From NCBI GenBank assembly GCA_037443265.1, contig JBBIOR010000011.1, positions 1-60,182 on the forward strand: a stretch of DNA of 60,182 nt, in the 5' to 3' direction. Under the pieces are notes generated by a model, which saw only the letters and a list, made by a program, of their open reading frames with translations, was not told the DNA's origin and ran no database searches. Within the stretch, counting starts at the first letter, position 1, and each line of letters begins with the position of its first letter. This document shows, in pieces, positions 42,498 to 52,147 of the stretch. The translations under genes and the position numbers were made by a program. The DNA is from Candidatus Fraserbacteria bacterium (GTDB lineage: Bacteria; Bipolaricaulota; Bipolaricaulia; RBG-16-55-9).

Positions 42498-43427
42498 CTA
42501 GGGGGAGAAGAGGTCTAGGAAGCGCTCCAGGCGCTGCCGGATCTTGGGAGCTCTGAGTTTCTCCAGGGCCTCGTTCTGGATCTGGCGCACGCGCTCCCGG
42601 CTGATGCCCAAAATCTTGCCCGTCTCTTCCAGAGTCTTGGGCTGATCGTCTTCTAGGCCATAGCGCAGGCTGAGCACTCTCCTCTCCCGCTCGCTTAGGG
42701 TCTCTAGGGCTTTGCGGAGCTCTTCTCGTCTCAATTCCCTTAGCGCAGCCCGCAGCGGGGAGGGCAGGCTCCCATTGCTGATGAGCTGTTCTAGCTCATC
42801 GCCTTCCTCCTCCTCCCGCGGCTGATCCAGCGAGGGGGTGTACTGAGGAGCCTGCCGGGTGGCCTGGATCTGTTCCAGCGGGATCTTAAGAAGCTCCGCG
42901 AGATCTTCGTCGGTGGGCGGCTCGCCGTGCTCCTGGACCCAGGCGGCCTCGGCCTCATGGATCCGCCGAAGCCGCTGAATGAGCGATTCCGGAAGGCGAA
43001 TCGAGCGCGAGGTCTGGGTGAGTGCCCGCGTGATCGCCTGGCGAATCCACCACGTCGCATAGGTGGAGAATTTATAGCCCTTCTCCGGGTCGAATTTCTC
43101 TACAGCCCGCATGAGTCCTACATTGCCCTCTTGGATGAGATCCAGCAGGGGCAGGCCCAGCCCCGTGTAGCGCTTGGCGATGGAGACGACCAGTCTCAAG
43201 TTCGCCGAGGCCAACCGAGCCTTGGCGTCGGGATCACCTTGTTTAGCTCTCCTGGCCAGTCCCTTCTCTTCTTCAGGAGTCAAAAGCGGGATCTGCCCGA
43301 TCTCCCGAAGGTACGTCCGGACCGGATCCTCCCGAGAGGCCTCTTCTCCCGCCAGCCCCTCCCAGAGATCTTCTTCTTCCCACTGAGGCTCCAAATCATT
43401 CATCTCCGGCTCATCGGCTTTCTCCAT
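42498..43427 (-). CDS. Alternative RpoD/RpoS-like sigma-70 factor lacking region 1.1
   Basis: [36 protein letters not shown] and SRERVRQI motifs, 309 aa. Confidence 0.93.
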   Translation of the reverse strand: MEKADEPEMNDLEPQWEEEDLWEGLAGEEASREDPVRTYLREIGQIPLLTPEEEKGLARRAKQGDPDAKARLASANLRLVVSIAKRYTGLGLPLLDLIQEGNVGLMRAVEKFDPEKGYKFSTYATWWIRQAITRALTQTSRSIRLPESLIQRLRRIHEAEAAWVQEHGEPPTDEDLAELLKIPLEQIQATRQAPQYTPSLDQPREEEEGDELEQLISNGSLPSPLRAALRELRREELRKALETLSERERRVLSLRYGLEDDQPKTLEETGKILGISRERVRQIQNEALEKLRAPKIRQRLERFLDLFSP

Positions 43428-43466
43428 GGGGTGTCAGATCTGCCCTGCGAGCGCTTACCAGCGTCC

Positions 43467-43495
43467 AGCATACTGAAGATCTAGGGCTTCAGCAA
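43467..43495 (-). promoter_or_regulatory. Promoter for the sigma-PE-MBL unit, containing an inverted repeat
   Basis: TTGCTG-17nt-TATGCT, with CTGAAG-N8-CTTCAG at 43473-43492. Confidence 0.55.
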
Positions 43496-43524
43496 GGAGC
43501 GAAGGGGGTGGCGGGAAGGCCAGT

Positions 43525-45384
43525 TCAACCCGCGCGACGGGCCCGGATGGAATGCCCTCGCTGGTGAGCCTCGTAGACGCGCTCCGCCGGCTCGCTGCCC
43601 CGGCGAAGCTTGATGCTGCCCGAGCGCGATACCGAGCCGATAAACACAGACTCGCCGTCGACGACCAGCTCGATCGTCTTGCCTCTAAGACTGGGATCGA
43701 GATCGATGATGACATGCTCGTCGGTGAGGGTGACCTCGATCTGTCGCCCGGCCGTAAGATCCATCTCGCCAAACGAGCGAATGTCGAGCCCGATGCCCAA
43801 CTGCTCTTCCAGCGCGCGGATGCGACTTCCTCCCTTGCCCACGATGAGCGGGATGCGATCCTCATCGACGTAGACCGTCGCGCGGGTGTCGGACTTGACC
43901 TGCACCACGACGCTCGCTCGGAGCAGGCGGCCCAGCTCGTATTCGAGTGTGCGCTCGGCCAGCTTCCAGACGGGAGGCGCGGCCATGACTTCCCCGATGG
44001 GCATCACCACCACCTGCTCGCCGAAGCTGTAAATTTCAAAGGCCAGCTGCTTTGATTCATAATCGCGCACTTCGATCACGGGCCGCGCCAGATCCTCATC
44101 GCCCATGCCTGTGGGTACTCTCACGGTGAACTCGACTTCGTAGAGTTGGCGCACATCGGCGGCCTCGATGAAGACCACGGTGTCCACGACTTGGGGGATC
44201 ATGCCCAGCTCGACGCGCCCGATCAAGCGCTGCAAGGCGTCGATGCCGCGGGTGGCGTGCACCACGCCCACCATGCCCACGCCAGCCAAGCGCATATCGG
44301 CAAACACTTGAAAATCTTCCGTTCGGCGCATCTCATCGAAGATGGTGTAATCCGGGCGCACCAGTAGGAGTACATCGGCCGTGTTGGCCATGTTGCCCTC
44401 CAGAGCCGTATATTGCGTGATCTCATCGCTCACTTCGAGGTCTCTGGGTCTCTCCATGGTCTTGATGACCCAGCCGGCCTCTTCGAGATAGTCGGCGATG
44501 GCCTGGACGAACGTTGATTTGCCCGCCCCTGGAGGCCCCGAGACGAGCACGCCGCGATGGCGCTGGCTGAGCCGCTCCCTCAGCAGATCTGCATAGGCGT
44601 AGTCATCCAGCTTGGTTCGAGTGATGGGGCGCACTACGGTAATTTCAAGCGCATCGGAGAAGGGCGGCCGGGCGATGGCAATGCGCAGATTCTTAAGCTG
44701 CACGACCGTCGAGCCTCCGGAGTCCATCTCGATAAAGCCTTCCGGATGCTGCTCCGCGGCCTCGACGATCTCGCGCGCCATAGCTTCAACCTCTTTTTCC
44801 GTCAAAGGCTGCTCACTCAGATAGACGATCTTCATCTCGCCTGGCGAGCCCTTCTTCGCTTTGGGGCGCATGCGGGCTCTTAGATGGACAGACATGGTCG
44901 TCTCGTCGAAGTAGCGCATGATCTTGAGGGATTCCAGACGATGTGCTGCGGGGCTTTCAAAATAGACCACGGGCATGCCGCGGGCCTGGCAGACGAGCGC
45001 CTGCACACGATCGCTGGTGAGGAGCGTTGCGCCCTCCTCCTCGGCCAGGCGCCGGATGAGCGAATCCAGCTCGCCGGATTCGTGCAATCTCAAAATATCT
45101 CCGTGGGGGCGCTCGCCCCTATACTCGAGCTGGATCGAGCCTTCCCAGCTTAGGCTCTGCAAGTGTTTTAATTCATTGAGCCCGGCGAAGCCTGTCTCTT
45201 GTCCATGTTCGGCTTGAGCTTCCAGCTCGGCCAGAACCGCTTCGGGAACGAGAAACAGTGCCCCCTGGAAGCGACCCTCCCGGACCTCTTGGGTGATCCG
45301 CCCATCGACAATCACGCTCGTATCCAGCACATAAAGATCTGTCTTGCTGTTCTTCTCTTGCGCATTCTCTTTACGTTTGCTCAT
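43525..45384 (-). CDS. PIN domain-ATPase-KH protein (archaeal PINA-like)
   Basis: PIN motif VLDTSV..VPEAVLAELE..TSD, Walker A GPPGAGKST, Walker B TIFDE, KH motif IVGKGGSRI. Confidence 0.88.
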   Translation of the reverse strand: MSKRKENAQEKNSKTDLYVLDTSVIVDGRITQEVREGRFQGALFLVPEAVLAELEAQAEHGQETGFAGLNELKHLQSLSWEGSIQLEYRGERPHGDILRLHESGELDSLIRRLAEEEGATLLTSDRVQALVCQARGMPVVYFESPAAHRLESLKIMRYFDETTMSVHLRARMRPKAKKGSPGEMKIVYLSEQPLTEKEVEAMAREIVEAAEQHPEGFIEMDSGGSTVVQLKNLRIAIARPPFSDALEITVVRPITRTKLDDYAYADLLRERLSQRHRGVLVSGPPGAGKSTFVQAIADYLEEAGWVIKTMERPRDLEVSDEITQYTALEGNMANTADVLLLVRPDYTIFDEMRRTEDFQVFADMRLAGVGMVGVVHATRGIDALQRLIGRVELGMIPQVVDTVVFIEAADVRQLYEVEFTVRVPTGMGDEDLARPVIEVRDYESKQLAFEIYSFGEQVVVMPIGEVMAAPPVWKLAERTLEYELGRLLRASVVVQVKSDTRATVYVDEDRIPLIVGKGGSRIRALEEQLGIGLDIRSFGEMDLTAGRQIEVTLTDEHVIIDLDPSLRGKTIELVVDGESVFIGSVSRSGSIKLRRGSEPAERVYEAHQRGHSIRARRAG

Positions 45385-45827
45385 GGTGCCATCGCTGCCA
45401 GAAGCTGGGCCACTTCCGTCAAGAATCTCTCGTCTTGAGGGCCGAAAGCTGCGAGCGTGTCGCTGTCGATGTCGATCTCACCTAGCACTTTCTCATCTTT
45501 CATGATGGGCACGACGATCTCTGAGCGCGTATGGGGAAAGCATGCCAGATAGCGCGGATCCTTGTGGACGTCATCCACGATGACTGTTTTGCTCTCTCGG
45601 GCGGCCAAGCCGCAGATCCCCGCTCCGATGGGGATGCGCGTGTGCTGGGTGGCTTCTTTCCCGTCCCACGCAGCCAGCACGAGCTCATCGCCCTGAAGCA
45701 GATAGATGCCGACCCAGTTGTAGTGAGGCACAGATCGGCGCAGGCTTCTTACAATCCACTCACAAGCCTCGTGAAAACTCTTGCCGTCGATCTCCGCGCT
45801 CAACTGCGCCAGCTTGGGAAATCTCAT
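45381..45827 (-). CDS. msrC: GAF-domain free methionine-R-sulfoxide reductase-like protein
   Basis: NWVGIY, RIPIGAGICG, YLAC...RSEIVVP and GEIDIDS motifs. Confidence 0.8.
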   Translation of the reverse strand: MRFPKLAQLSAEIDGKSFHEACEWIVRSLRRSVPHYNWVGIYLLQGDELVLAAWDGKEATQHTRIPIGAGICGLAARESKTVIVDDVHKDPRYLACFPHTRSEIVVPIMKDEKVLGEIDIDSDTLAAFGPQDERFLTEVAQLLAAMAP

Positions 45828-45945
45828 CGGAATGCATGATACCGGGGTGGCGGGCAGCCCGCAAGGGCTTCGCGCGCAGACCCGCTGATCTTCCCTTTTG
45901 CCCACAAATGACTACAATGGTAAATCTGGGAAGGAGGAGCCAGGA

Positions 45946-46653
45946 GTGGAAGTCCATCGCGAGCATAGGGAACTCTGGTGCCTGGAGCATATTGACCTCT
46001 TCCGGCGTCTTCCCGCGCGGGAGCGGGTGAAGCTTCGGCGCTTGGGGCGGACGATCAAATATCGCAAGGGCGAGACGATCTTCATGCCCGGGGATCCAGG
46101 CGACACGATCTATTTCTTGCGGGCGGGCCGGGTCAAGCTGGCCCTGCTCGATGAGAGCGGGAGGCGTCTTACCCTGATGATCTGCCATCGGGGCGAGCCC
46201 TTCGGCGAGATGGCGCTGGCGGGCGAGGAGCAGCGCAAGCTCATCGCCGAGGCGTTGGACCATGTTGAACTTTGCGCCGTCTCCAAAGATGAGCTTTTGA
46301 GATTCGCCCAGGAGAGCCCGAGCCTGGCGCTACGCATCACAAAGCTTGTGGGGCTGCGCTTCATTGACATTGAGAATCGCCTGGAGGATTTGCTCTTTAA
46401 AGATGTTCCGACGCGGCTGGCGCGCCTCCTGCTCAAGCTGGGCCGTCAGCACGGCGTTCCGGTCGAGAGGGGCACTCAGATCGATTTGAGAATTACCCAT
46501 CAAGATCTGGCTGAGTTAATCGGGGCCACGCGGGAGACGACCTCGGCGGCTCTGGGCGAGTTTGAGGCCAAGGGCTGGATCGAGAAGGGCCGCAGCCGGA
46601 TCGTCCTCCGAGATCTGGAAGGCCTAAGAGGGCAGGCGAAGCTGCGCGGATAG
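45946..46653 (+). CDS. Crp/Fnr family transcriptional regulator
   Basis: cNMP domain (FGEMAL) and [29 protein letters not shown]. No FNR-type Cys cluster. Confidence 0.92.
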   Translation: MEVHREHRELWCLEHIDLFRRLPARERVKLRRLGRTIKYRKGETIFMPGDPGDTIYFLRAGRVKLALLDESGRRLTLMICHRGEPFGEMALAGEEQRKLIAEALDHVELCAVSKDELLRFAQESPSLALRITKLVGLRFIDIENRLEDLLFKDVPTRLARLLLKLGRQHGVPVERGTQIDLRITHQDLAELIGATRETTSAALGEFEAKGWIEKGRSRIVLRDLEGLRGQAKLRG

Positions 46654-46664
46654 GATCTCCGGCC

Positions 46665-46693
46665 TTGACAACCCTTGCGGAAGACGTTATGAT
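46665..46693 (+). promoter_or_regulatory. Strong promoter for tRNA-Leu-plsX-fab
   Basis: TTGACA-17nt-TATGAT. Confidence 0.8.
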
Positions 46694-46725
46694 CCCGGTC
46701 ACCCAAACGGCTCTCTTTGCACCGG

Positions 46726-46810
46726 GCCGAGGTGGCGGAACTGGCAGACGCGCACGTTTGAGGGGCGTGTGGGGTAACCCGTGGGGGTTCGAGTCCCCCC
46801 CTCGGCACCA
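46726..46810 (+). tRNA. tRNA-Leu(GAG)
   Basis: Acceptor stem GCCGAGG/CCTCGGC plus ACCA, anticodon arm CACGT-TTGAGGG-GCGTG, long variable arm, GGTTCGAGTCC. Confidence 0.96.
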
Positions 46811-46824
46811 TAGGAGGTATTTTG

Positions 46825-47841
46825 ATGGCAAAGATCGTGCTGGACACCCAAGGAGGCGACCGCGGTCCAGCCGAGATCATCTATGGGGGGATCAAGGCGG
46901 CAGATGCTTGTGATGCCGAAGTGATCTTCGCCGGGGATCGGAGCACGATCGAGGGTGAGATGAGCCGCCGCGCCCGCAGACGCTTTTCGATCCTCCATGC
47001 CCCCGAGATCATCACGATGGAGGACATCCCCACGGAGGCCGTGCGTCGCAAGAAGAACAGCTCGCTCGTTCGAGGGATCGAGTCTGTCCGAGAAGGGTTG
47101 GCAGATGCCTTCGTGAGCCCGGCGAACACGGGGGCCGTCATGGCCGCCTCGCTGCTTTATCTGGGGCGCCTGGAGGGCATCGATCGGCCCGGCATTGCCG
47201 CCGTCATCCCCACCGTCTCTGGACGGAACGTGCTCATCATTGACGTGGGGGCCAACGTCGACTGCGATCCAGAGAATTTGAGGCAATTTGCCATCATGGG
47301 CACCGTCTATGCCCAGGAGATTTTGGGCATAGCGGAGCCCAAGGTCGGGCTGCTCAATATTGGGAGCGAGCGGCGCAAGGGCAATGAACTCGCTTTAAAG
47401 ACGTTCTTTTTGCTGGAGCAATTGGGAAACTTTGCGGGCAACGTCGAGGGCCATCAGATCCTCGAGGGCCAGGTGGATGTGGTAGTCTGCGACGGCTTTG
47501 CCGGCAACGTCTTGCTCAAGGCCTTTGAAGGGGGGGCTTCCGCGACCGTGGAATTTCTGCGAAAAGCGATCGAGAAGGACTTCTTCGCGCGGCTGGGCGC
47601 ATTCATCTTGCTGCCGGCGCTTAGGAACTTTAAGCGCAGCATCAGCGCGGCCCGCTATGGGGGAGCGCCGCTTCTGGGGGTGCGAGGCGTCGTGATCATC
47701 GCGCATGGCAACTCCGATGCCGAGGCGATCAAGAACGCCATTCGGGTGGCGGTGGAGTCCGTCCGGCACCAGCTGGTGGGGGCGATTGAGCGCGGCCTAA
47801 AGAGGTTCGCCCGCCCGGCTCCTAAGGGAGTGACCACGTGA
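46825..47841 (+). CDS. plsX: Phosphate acyltransferase
   Basis: GGD..P, NTGA, DVGANVD, LLNIG.E..KG, CDGF.GN and AHGNS motifs. Confidence 0.95.
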   Translation: MAKIVLDTQGGDRGPAEIIYGGIKAADACDAEVIFAGDRSTIEGEMSRRARRRFSILHAPEIITMEDIPTEAVRRKKNSSLVRGIESVREGLADAFVSPANTGAVMAASLLYLGRLEGIDRPGIAAVIPTVSGRNVLIIDVGANVDCDPENLRQFAIMGTVYAQEILGIAEPKVGLLNIGSERRKGNELALKTFFLLEQLGNFAGNVEGHQILEGQVDVVVCDGFAGNVLLKAFEGGASATVEFLRKAIEKDFFARLGAFILLPALRNFKRSISAARYGGAPLLGVRGVVIIAHGNSDAEAIKNAIRVAVESVRHQLVGAIERGLKRFARPAPKGVTT

Positions 47842-48833
47842 GCCAGCACCTCGATCTGCCCGGCATTGCCGGAATTGGAGCGGCCGTTCCAGATCTCGTC
47901 CTCACTAATGCCGATCTCGAAAAGATCGTAGATACTTCCGATGAGTGGATCACCAGCCGCACCGGCATCAAAGAGCGAAGGATTCTCAAAGAGAGCGAAG
48001 ATCCGGCCGAGCTGGGAGTTCTGGCCGCCCGGCGCGCTCTGCAAGCCGCCGGGCTCTCTCCCAAAGATCTCGATTTTGTGATCACGGCCACGAACCTGCC
48101 CGAGCTGCCCATCCCTGGCAGTTCGCCGTTCATCTGTGAGGGCCTCAAGATGGGGAAAGATGTGCCGTTCTTCGATCTCATCGCGGGGTGTACAGGGTTT
48201 GTCTATGCGCTCGTGGTGGCCGGGGATCTCGTCCGCTCGGGGAATTACGAGAACGTTCTGGTCGTGGGGCTGGAGGCGCTCTCGCGCTTTACAGATTGGG
48301 CGGACCGCGCAACGTGTGTGCTCTTCGGCGATGGGGCGGGAGCCGCCGTGGTGCGCCCGATGTCCGATGGTCGTGGAATTCTCGCCTCGTGTCTATCAGC
48401 CGATAGCTCCAAGTGGAATCTCCTCTACATGGAGGGCGGGGGCATTAAGTACCCGGCCAGTCCCAAAACGCTCGAGCGGCGTATGCATTATCTGCGCATG
48501 GTGGGTGGAGGAGTATTCAAGAGCGCCGTCACCATGATGGGGATGACCACGCAAAAAGCCCTGGAAGACGCTGGGCTCACGAAAGAAGACGTGGATTGGG
48601 TCGTCCCGCATCAGGCCAATTTGAGAATCATCAAGGCCTTTGCCGAGCGCTATGAGATCCCGATGGCGAAGATCATCGTCAACATCGAGCGCTACGGGAA
48701 CACTTCGACAGCCTCGATTCCGATTGCGCTCTCGGAAGCCGTGGACGATGGACGCATCCAGCCGGGGCAAATTGTGGTGCTCAACGCCTTCGGCGCGGGC
48801 GTCACCTATGGGGCCGTCGTGCTGCGGTGGTGA
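47838..48833 (+). CDS. fabH: 3-oxoacyl-ACP synthase III
   Basis: DTSDEWI..RTGI, AGCTGF, FGDGAGA, PHQAN and GNTSTAS motifs. Confidence 0.96.
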   Translation: MSQHLDLPGIAGIGAAVPDLVLTNADLEKIVDTSDEWITSRTGIKERRILKESEDPAELGVLAARRALQAAGLSPKDLDFVITATNLPELPIPGSSPFICEGLKMGKDVPFFDLIAGCTGFVYALVVAGDLVRSGNYENVLVVGLEALSRFTDWADRATCVLFGDGAGAAVVRPMSDGRGILASCLSADSSKWNLLYMEGGGIKYPASPKTLERRMHYLRMVGGGVFKSAVTMMGMTTQKALEDAGLTKEDVDWVVPHQANLRIIKAFAERYEIPMAKIIVNIERYGNTSTASIPIALSEAVDDGRIQPGQIVVLNAFGAGVTYGAVVLRW

Positions 48834-48852
48834 GCTTAAAGAATAAAGAATA

Positions 48853-49743
48853 ATGAAGATCGCCTTTGTCTATCCTGGCCAAGGCTCTCAAGCTGTGGGC
48901 ATGGGCAAAGATCTCTATGAGCGCTTTCCCAAGCGCGTCCGTCCCTTCTATGAGCGCGCGAAAGACGCCCTCGGCTTCGATCTGAAAGATGTAATCTTCG
49001 AGGGACCCGATGAAAGACTCACCCTGACAGAAAATGCCCAGCCGGCTATTTTACTAGACAGCGTCATCAAGTATGAGCTTCTCAAAGATCGCTATACGCC
49101 TGCCTTGGCCGCCGGCCACAGCTTGGGTGAGTACTCTGCCCTGGTCTGCGCCAGAGTGCTCTTGCTAGAAGAGGCCCTCCAGCTCGTCCACAAGCGCGGC
49201 AAATACATGCAAGAGGCCGTCCCTGTGGGCCAAGGCTCGATGGTCGCCCTCCTTAAGCTCGATCTTGGGAGAATTGAAGAGATCTGCCGGAAGACGGGCG
49301 CAGAGATTGCCAACTTCAACGCCCCCGGCCAGATCGTCATCTCCGGCCGGCGAGAGAGTGTCCTCCAAGCCAAAAGGCTCGCCGAGGAGGCCGGAGGCCG
49401 AGGCATCGAGTTGGACGTCTCGGCCCCCTTCCATTCGACGCTCATGGCCCCGGCCGAAGAACGTTTGCGAAAAGATCTCGAGCGGGTGACGTTTCGTCCA
49501 CCTTCATTTCCCGTCATCTCGACGGTGAGCGGCCAGCCCGAGACGGACCCGGAGCGCATTCAGCAGCTTTTGATGAAGCAGATCACCAGCCGGGTCCGCT
49601 GGGTGGACTATGTGCAAACGATGAAGGCTTTAGGGGCTAGAAGGCTCATTGAAGTGGGGTCGGGCGAGGTGCTCACTCGCTTGAATCGGCGCATCGAGCC
49701 CGAATTGGAAGCGCTCAGCTTCGCCGCTGTCTTTGACTCATAG
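48853..49743 (+). CDS. fabD: Malonyl-CoA:ACP transacylase
   Basis: PGQGSQ, GHSLGEY and SAPFHS motifs. Confidence 0.96.
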   Translation: MKIAFVYPGQGSQAVGMGKDLYERFPKRVRPFYERAKDALGFDLKDVIFEGPDERLTLTENAQPAILLDSVIKYELLKDRYTPALAAGHSLGEYSALVCARVLLLEEALQLVHKRGKYMQEAVPVGQGSMVALLKLDLGRIEEICRKTGAEIANFNAPGQIVISGRRESVLQAKRLAEEAGGRGIELDVSAPFHSTLMAPAEERLRKDLERVTFRPPSFPVISTVSGQPETDPERIQQLLMKQITSRVRWVDYVQTMKALGARRLIEVGSGEVLTRLNRRIEPELEALSFAAVFDS

Positions 49744-49763
49744 CTGTTAGAAAGGACTCCGCC

Positions 49764-50501
49764 ATGGGAGAGTTTTCAGATCGAGTCGCGGTGGTGACGG
49801 GGGGCACAGGGGCGATCGGAAGAGCGATCGCCCAAGAACTCATAGCCGGAGGCGCTTGGGTGGCCCTGGTGGCGCGCGACGGCGAGCGCGGAAGAGCTGT
49901 CGAGCTCACGCTGGGGCCAAACGTCCGCTTCTATCCGGCCGATGTCACCCAGGGCCTTGAGGTCGACCGGCTCTTCAAGGAGATCTACGAGGAGCGTGGC
50001 AGGATTGATTATCTGGTCAACAACGCGGGTGCGATCAAAGATAATCTCATCGTGCGCATGAGAGAAGACGAGTGGGACCTGGTGATCAACACGAATTTGA
50101 AGGGTGCATTTCATTGTGCCCGAAGCGCCGTGCGCTACATGCTTAAGGGTCGGGCGGGAGCGATTGTCAACGTGAGTTCCATCTCTGGGCAAGTGGGCGT
50201 CCCCGGCCAGGCGAATTACTCGACGGCCAAGGCGGGTCTCTTTGGCTTCACCAAGAGCCTGGCTCGGGAGCTGGCCTCGCGCGGAATCCGGGTGAATGCG
50301 GTCGCGCCCGGCTTCATCGACGCGGGCATGACAGCCGCGCTCCCCGAGGCCGTCAAGCAGAGTTATCTCCAACAGATCCCGCTGGGCCGCTTCGGACGCG
50401 CGGAGGAAGTGGCTCAGTTGGTCTGCTTCTTGCTTTCGGATCGGGCTTCGTATATAACGGGTCAGATTTTCAACGTGGACGGAGGTCTGGCGATGGGATG
50501 A
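49764..50501 (+). CDS. fabG: 3-oxoacyl-ACP reductase
   Basis: [18 protein letters not shown] and VAPGFI motifs, fab operon context. Confidence 0.95.
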   Translation: MGEFSDRVAVVTGGTGAIGRAIAQELIAGGAWVALVARDGERGRAVELTLGPNVRFYPADVTQGLEVDRLFKEIYEERGRIDYLVNNAGAIKDNLIVRMREDEWDLVINTNLKGAFHCARSAVRYMLKGRAGAIVNVSSISGQVGVPGQANYSTAKAGLFGFTKSLARELASRGIRVNAVAPGFIDAGMTAALPEAVKQSYLQQIPLGRFGRAEEVAQLVCFLLSDRASYITGQIFNVDGGLAMG

Positions 50502-50553
50502 GCCATCGCTCCAGTACTCTTCAGTCCACACGGGAAGAGGGAGGTGTCTTTAG

Positions 50554-50814
50554 ATGGCCGACATTGAGGACCGAGTAAAGAAGATCATCGCCGAGCAGCT
50601 CATGGTGGAGGAGGATGAGATCACCGATGACGCCTCGTTCGTCGACACCCTGGGCGCGGACTCGCTCGACACCGTGGAGATGATCATGGAGATCGAGGAC
50701 GAGTTCGGCATTGAGATCCCCGACGAGGATGCGGAGAAACTGCTCACAGTCGGCGAGGCGATCGAGTACGTCAAGCGCAAGGTCGAAGAGAAACAAGGCC
50801 AGGTCGCGGACTGA
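50554..50814 (+). CDS. acpP: Acyl carrier protein
   Basis: [10 protein letters not shown] motif, acidic composition. Confidence 0.97.
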   Translation: MADIEDRVKKIIAEQLMVEEDEITDDASFVDTLGADSLDTVEMIMEIEDEFGIEIPDEDAEKLLTVGEAIEYVKRKVEEKQGQVAD

Positions 50815-50819
50815 CCCCT

Positions 50820-52037
50820 CTAGGGTTCTTCCCGCAGGGCAAGCTGTTGGAGGACTGGCTCACTGAGCTGGCATTGGATGGGGAGGAGATTGACCGTCGG
50901 CTGTGGGGGCACGGCGGTGGGCTGCTGGGTGTTTGAGCCCATCAGATTCAGGGGATCTTGAGCGACTTCAGCAATGCCCTGCTGATCGGTGTGATAGAGC
51001 CCAAAGTTGTGCCCAAACTCGTGGGCCATGGCCGTAATCGGCCTCTTGGGGGGGAAGATCTCTCCTGTCTCCTTGTCAATAATTAAAATATCATCCCAGC
51101 GGACAAGAGACACTTGCCCCTTGATGTAGGTAACGCCGCCGAAGTGGCGCGTATCCCCCGGCTGGAGGACAATCCTGGCCCCTGTGATAAAGACGCTCAA
51201 GGCGCGGGAGTCCAATGGCCTCCCCTCAGATTGTGCCGTGAATCCGATGGGGCCCAGCGCCTCCGTGAGCAGGTCCAGCGGGCGGGCCCGACTGGCCTCG
51301 GCAATCGCAATCTCTGGGAGATCTCGTTCTCTGACAAAGAGGAGCGGGTCGAGATTGCCGCGGCTGAGCTGGATCTTCTCCGGTCGAACGACCAGAAGCT
51401 GCTCGAGCTCGAAGGCCACGCGGCACTGATCCCAGATGCCTGTGAGGGCTGGGATGATCTGCCGCTCAATGGCCCTCCTCACCTCAGGACGCGTCTTTCC
51501 CAGCGGATCATCGTCATCCGCAAAGACGGCTCCTTCCGCCAGCCCACTGACCCCATCGGCCAAGATGAAGAGATTGACGCCCAGCGTGTATCGGGTGGGA
51601 CGGACAGTAGCCAGCTCCTCATCGTAGTTCCCCAGCGGAGGCTCTCCGCAGGTGAGGGAGACCGCCCGGGGCTCGCTGGGTTGGCCGGCTCGATCGACGA
51701 GGACCAGCTTTAAGGTCAGCTGCTGCGCAATCGTGCAAGAGACGGAGAACGTGAAGGCTCCCACCGTATGCCCGAAGAGCTCGCCCAGCGGGAGGACAAA
51801 GGGATCGTGTTTGCCGTCGATGACGCGGAAGCGAGCCTCCTTGAGGTCGCCATCCATGTCCTGAAAGCGGACCTTCCCTTCGATGGCTCCTCCGACGGCC
51901 GCCCTCTGCACCGGGATCTCCACGCTCAAGATCAGGGGAGGGGTGGGGTTCTGAGCGGAGAGGATGGGCCTGCTTAGAAGCAGCAAGACTATTACGCCCA
52001 GCACACTAGAGAGCTTGAGCCCAGAGATTCGTCGCAT
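50820..52037 (-). CDS. Exported metzincin-type zinc metallopeptidase with an N-terminal Ig-like domain
   Basis: Signal peptide, AHEFGHNFGLYH (HExxHxxGxxH) and Met-turn NLMG. Confidence 0.8.
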   Translation of the reverse strand: MRRISGLKLSSVLGVIVLLLLSRPILSAQNPTPPLILSVEIPVQRAAVGGAIEGKVRFQDMDGDLKEARFRVIDGKHDPFVLPLGELFGHTVGAFTFSVSCTIAQQLTLKLVLVDRAGQPSEPRAVSLTCGEPPLGNYDEELATVRPTRYTLGVNLFILADGVSGLAEGAVFADDDDPLGKTRPEVRRAIERQIIPALTGIWDQCRVAFELEQLLVVRPEKIQLSRGNLDPLLFVRERDLPEIAIAEASRARPLDLLTEALGPIGFTAQSEGRPLDSRALSVFITGARIVLQPGDTRHFGGVTYIKGQVSLVRWDDILIIDKETGEIFPPKRPITAMAHEFGHNFGLYHTDQQGIAEVAQDPLNLMGSNTQQPTAVPPQPTVNLLPIQCQLSEPVLQQLALREEP

Positions 52038-52147
52038 GTCTTCCTCTTTGATTTGAACGCCCTGTTTCGTGCCCATCGTACGCGGAGGAAGCCGTACTGT
52101 CAAGATGGTTGCAGGAGGGGGCGTTGCCATCTAAGCTAGAGGGCATC

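Noticed and set aside
45845..45890. AGCCC-GCAA-GGGCT hairpin between msrC and the crp-family gene
   Set aside because: It sits between divergent promoters and is probably untranscribed. No RNA family is recognisable.
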